The position numbers and the translations under genes are program-made. From sequence record PP885687.1: DNA of 24,000 nucleotides; one strand, given 5' to 3'. The stretch is from Tunturiibacter phage Tunturi_4. How positions within the stretch are numbered: position 1 is the stretch's first letter; each line of letters opens with the position of its first letter. Positions 23,371 to 24,000 of the stretch are shown piece by piece. Below the pieces are notes generated by a model. It did no database searches and was not told the DNA's origin. It saw only the letters and a list, made by a program, of their open reading frames with translations.

Positions 23371-23766
23371 ATGGCGAAAATCAACATAGAGAGTGCGGGT
23401 CGATTCGGCACCGCATTCCACAAGGCACTTGAGGACCTCGATATGGATCTGGTCGAGTTCTCTAGGTCTATCGACGCTAACTACGAGCATCAGCGAAAGA
23501 TTCTTAGAGGGGAAATGCTTCCCGGCCCACGGTTGATCCCCGTCATGGCTAAGAAGCTGAAGATGAACCTCAAGAACGCTGAGGTACTGATAGCTCAGGA
23601 CCGCATGGAGAAGAAGGTTGGTAAGGTCGCGTTCAACGCTGCCACTGGCCGGAGCCCTCACGCGAGTGAATTTGATGCTCTACTGCCCCACCTAACTGAA
23701 GATCAGATCGCCCAGATCATCGCTCAGATGAAGACGATGATTCGGCAAAACAAGAAGACATCCTAG
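23371..23766 (+). CDS. XRE/Cro-like helix-turn-helix regulator, candidate phage repressor
   Basis: MDLVEFSRSIDANYEHQRKILRGEMLPGPRLIPVMAKKLKMNL looks like an HTH segment; divergent from the RNase H promoter; GGAG upstream of ATG. Confidence 0.55.
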   Translation: MAKINIESAGRFGTAFHKALEDLDMDLVEFSRSIDANYEHQRKILRGEMLPGPRLIPVMAKKLKMNLKNAEVLIAQDRMEKKVGKVAFNAATGRSPHASEFDALLPHLTEDQIAQIIAQMKTMIRQNKKTS

Positions 23767-23800
23767 GGGAGGCCGCTGTGCTGATTTTAGAGTCAACGAT

Positions 23801-23826
23801 GGGCCGCTCTAGGGCGGTCCTTTTAT
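23801..23826 (+). terminator. Rho-independent terminator after the HTH gene
   Basis: GGGCCGC-TCTAGG-GCGGTCC-TTTTAT: a 7-bp stem with one G-U pair, then a T-run. Confidence 0.75.
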
Positions 23827-24000
23827 TCATGGGAAAGTGTGGGTCGGTAGGGGTTCAAACCGCGACCGCGACGTAGTCCTACGACAGCAGATTGGGAAAG
23901 TTTTGGGAAAGTCCCCGTCCGATGTGTCGTTTTTGTCGCTTTTGTCGTCTATAAGAATCAGTAAGTTACAGTGTTATCAACCCTAGGTATCAGTTCGATC

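Noticed and set aside
23838-23875. GGTAGGGGTTCAAACCGCGACC, resembling a tRNA T-arm or attachment site
   Set aside because: No 5-bp T stem, no acceptor stem or anticodon arm, and no integrase in the window; probably chance.

Overview
The window looks like the early/accessory arm of a tailed-phage or prophage genome. Almost all genes run leftward (minus strand) in tightly packed, partly overlapping operons. Recognisable products are a RecB/Cas4-like PD-(D/E)XK exonuclease, a DksA/TraR-type zinc protein, an acyltransferase-3 membrane protein, a DUF6283-like protein, an HNH-like protein, an N6-adenine methyltransferase-like protein with an NPPF motif, a DnaN-like sliding clamp, a MoxR/CobS-like AAA+ ATPase, a secreted HExxH metallopeptidase-like protein, RNase HI, two small membrane proteins resembling superinfection-immunity (Imm) proteins, and a rightward XRE-like regulator. 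The most interesting find is a set of four intergenic RNA-like elements (A ~10416-10481, B ~11999-12063, C ~14229-14298, D ~15156-15221, all minus strand). They share CGCAGA / P1 hairpin / UAAUGCGRC / hairpin with loop UNNCAAGY, and two pseudoknots are supported by covariation (CAC/GUG, CUC/GAG, UCC/GGA; and GGC/GCC, GAC/GUC). This matches my recollection of the twister self-cleaving ribozyme in a circularly permuted (P5-type) form. Each one sits at or just after a stop codon inside the leftward gene array, which suggests ribozyme-based processing of phage polycistronic mRNA. Other signals are a recurrent promoter module AACATCTTGACAC with a dyad in its spacer, a recurrent palindrome CTGCACASTGTGCAG, widespread CTAG/CCTAG enrichment, a ~2.3 kb non-coding region with an exact 10-bp tandem repeat and CA/GT strand asymmetry, and two small ORFs missing from the supplied track. 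All counts and foldings were done by eye.
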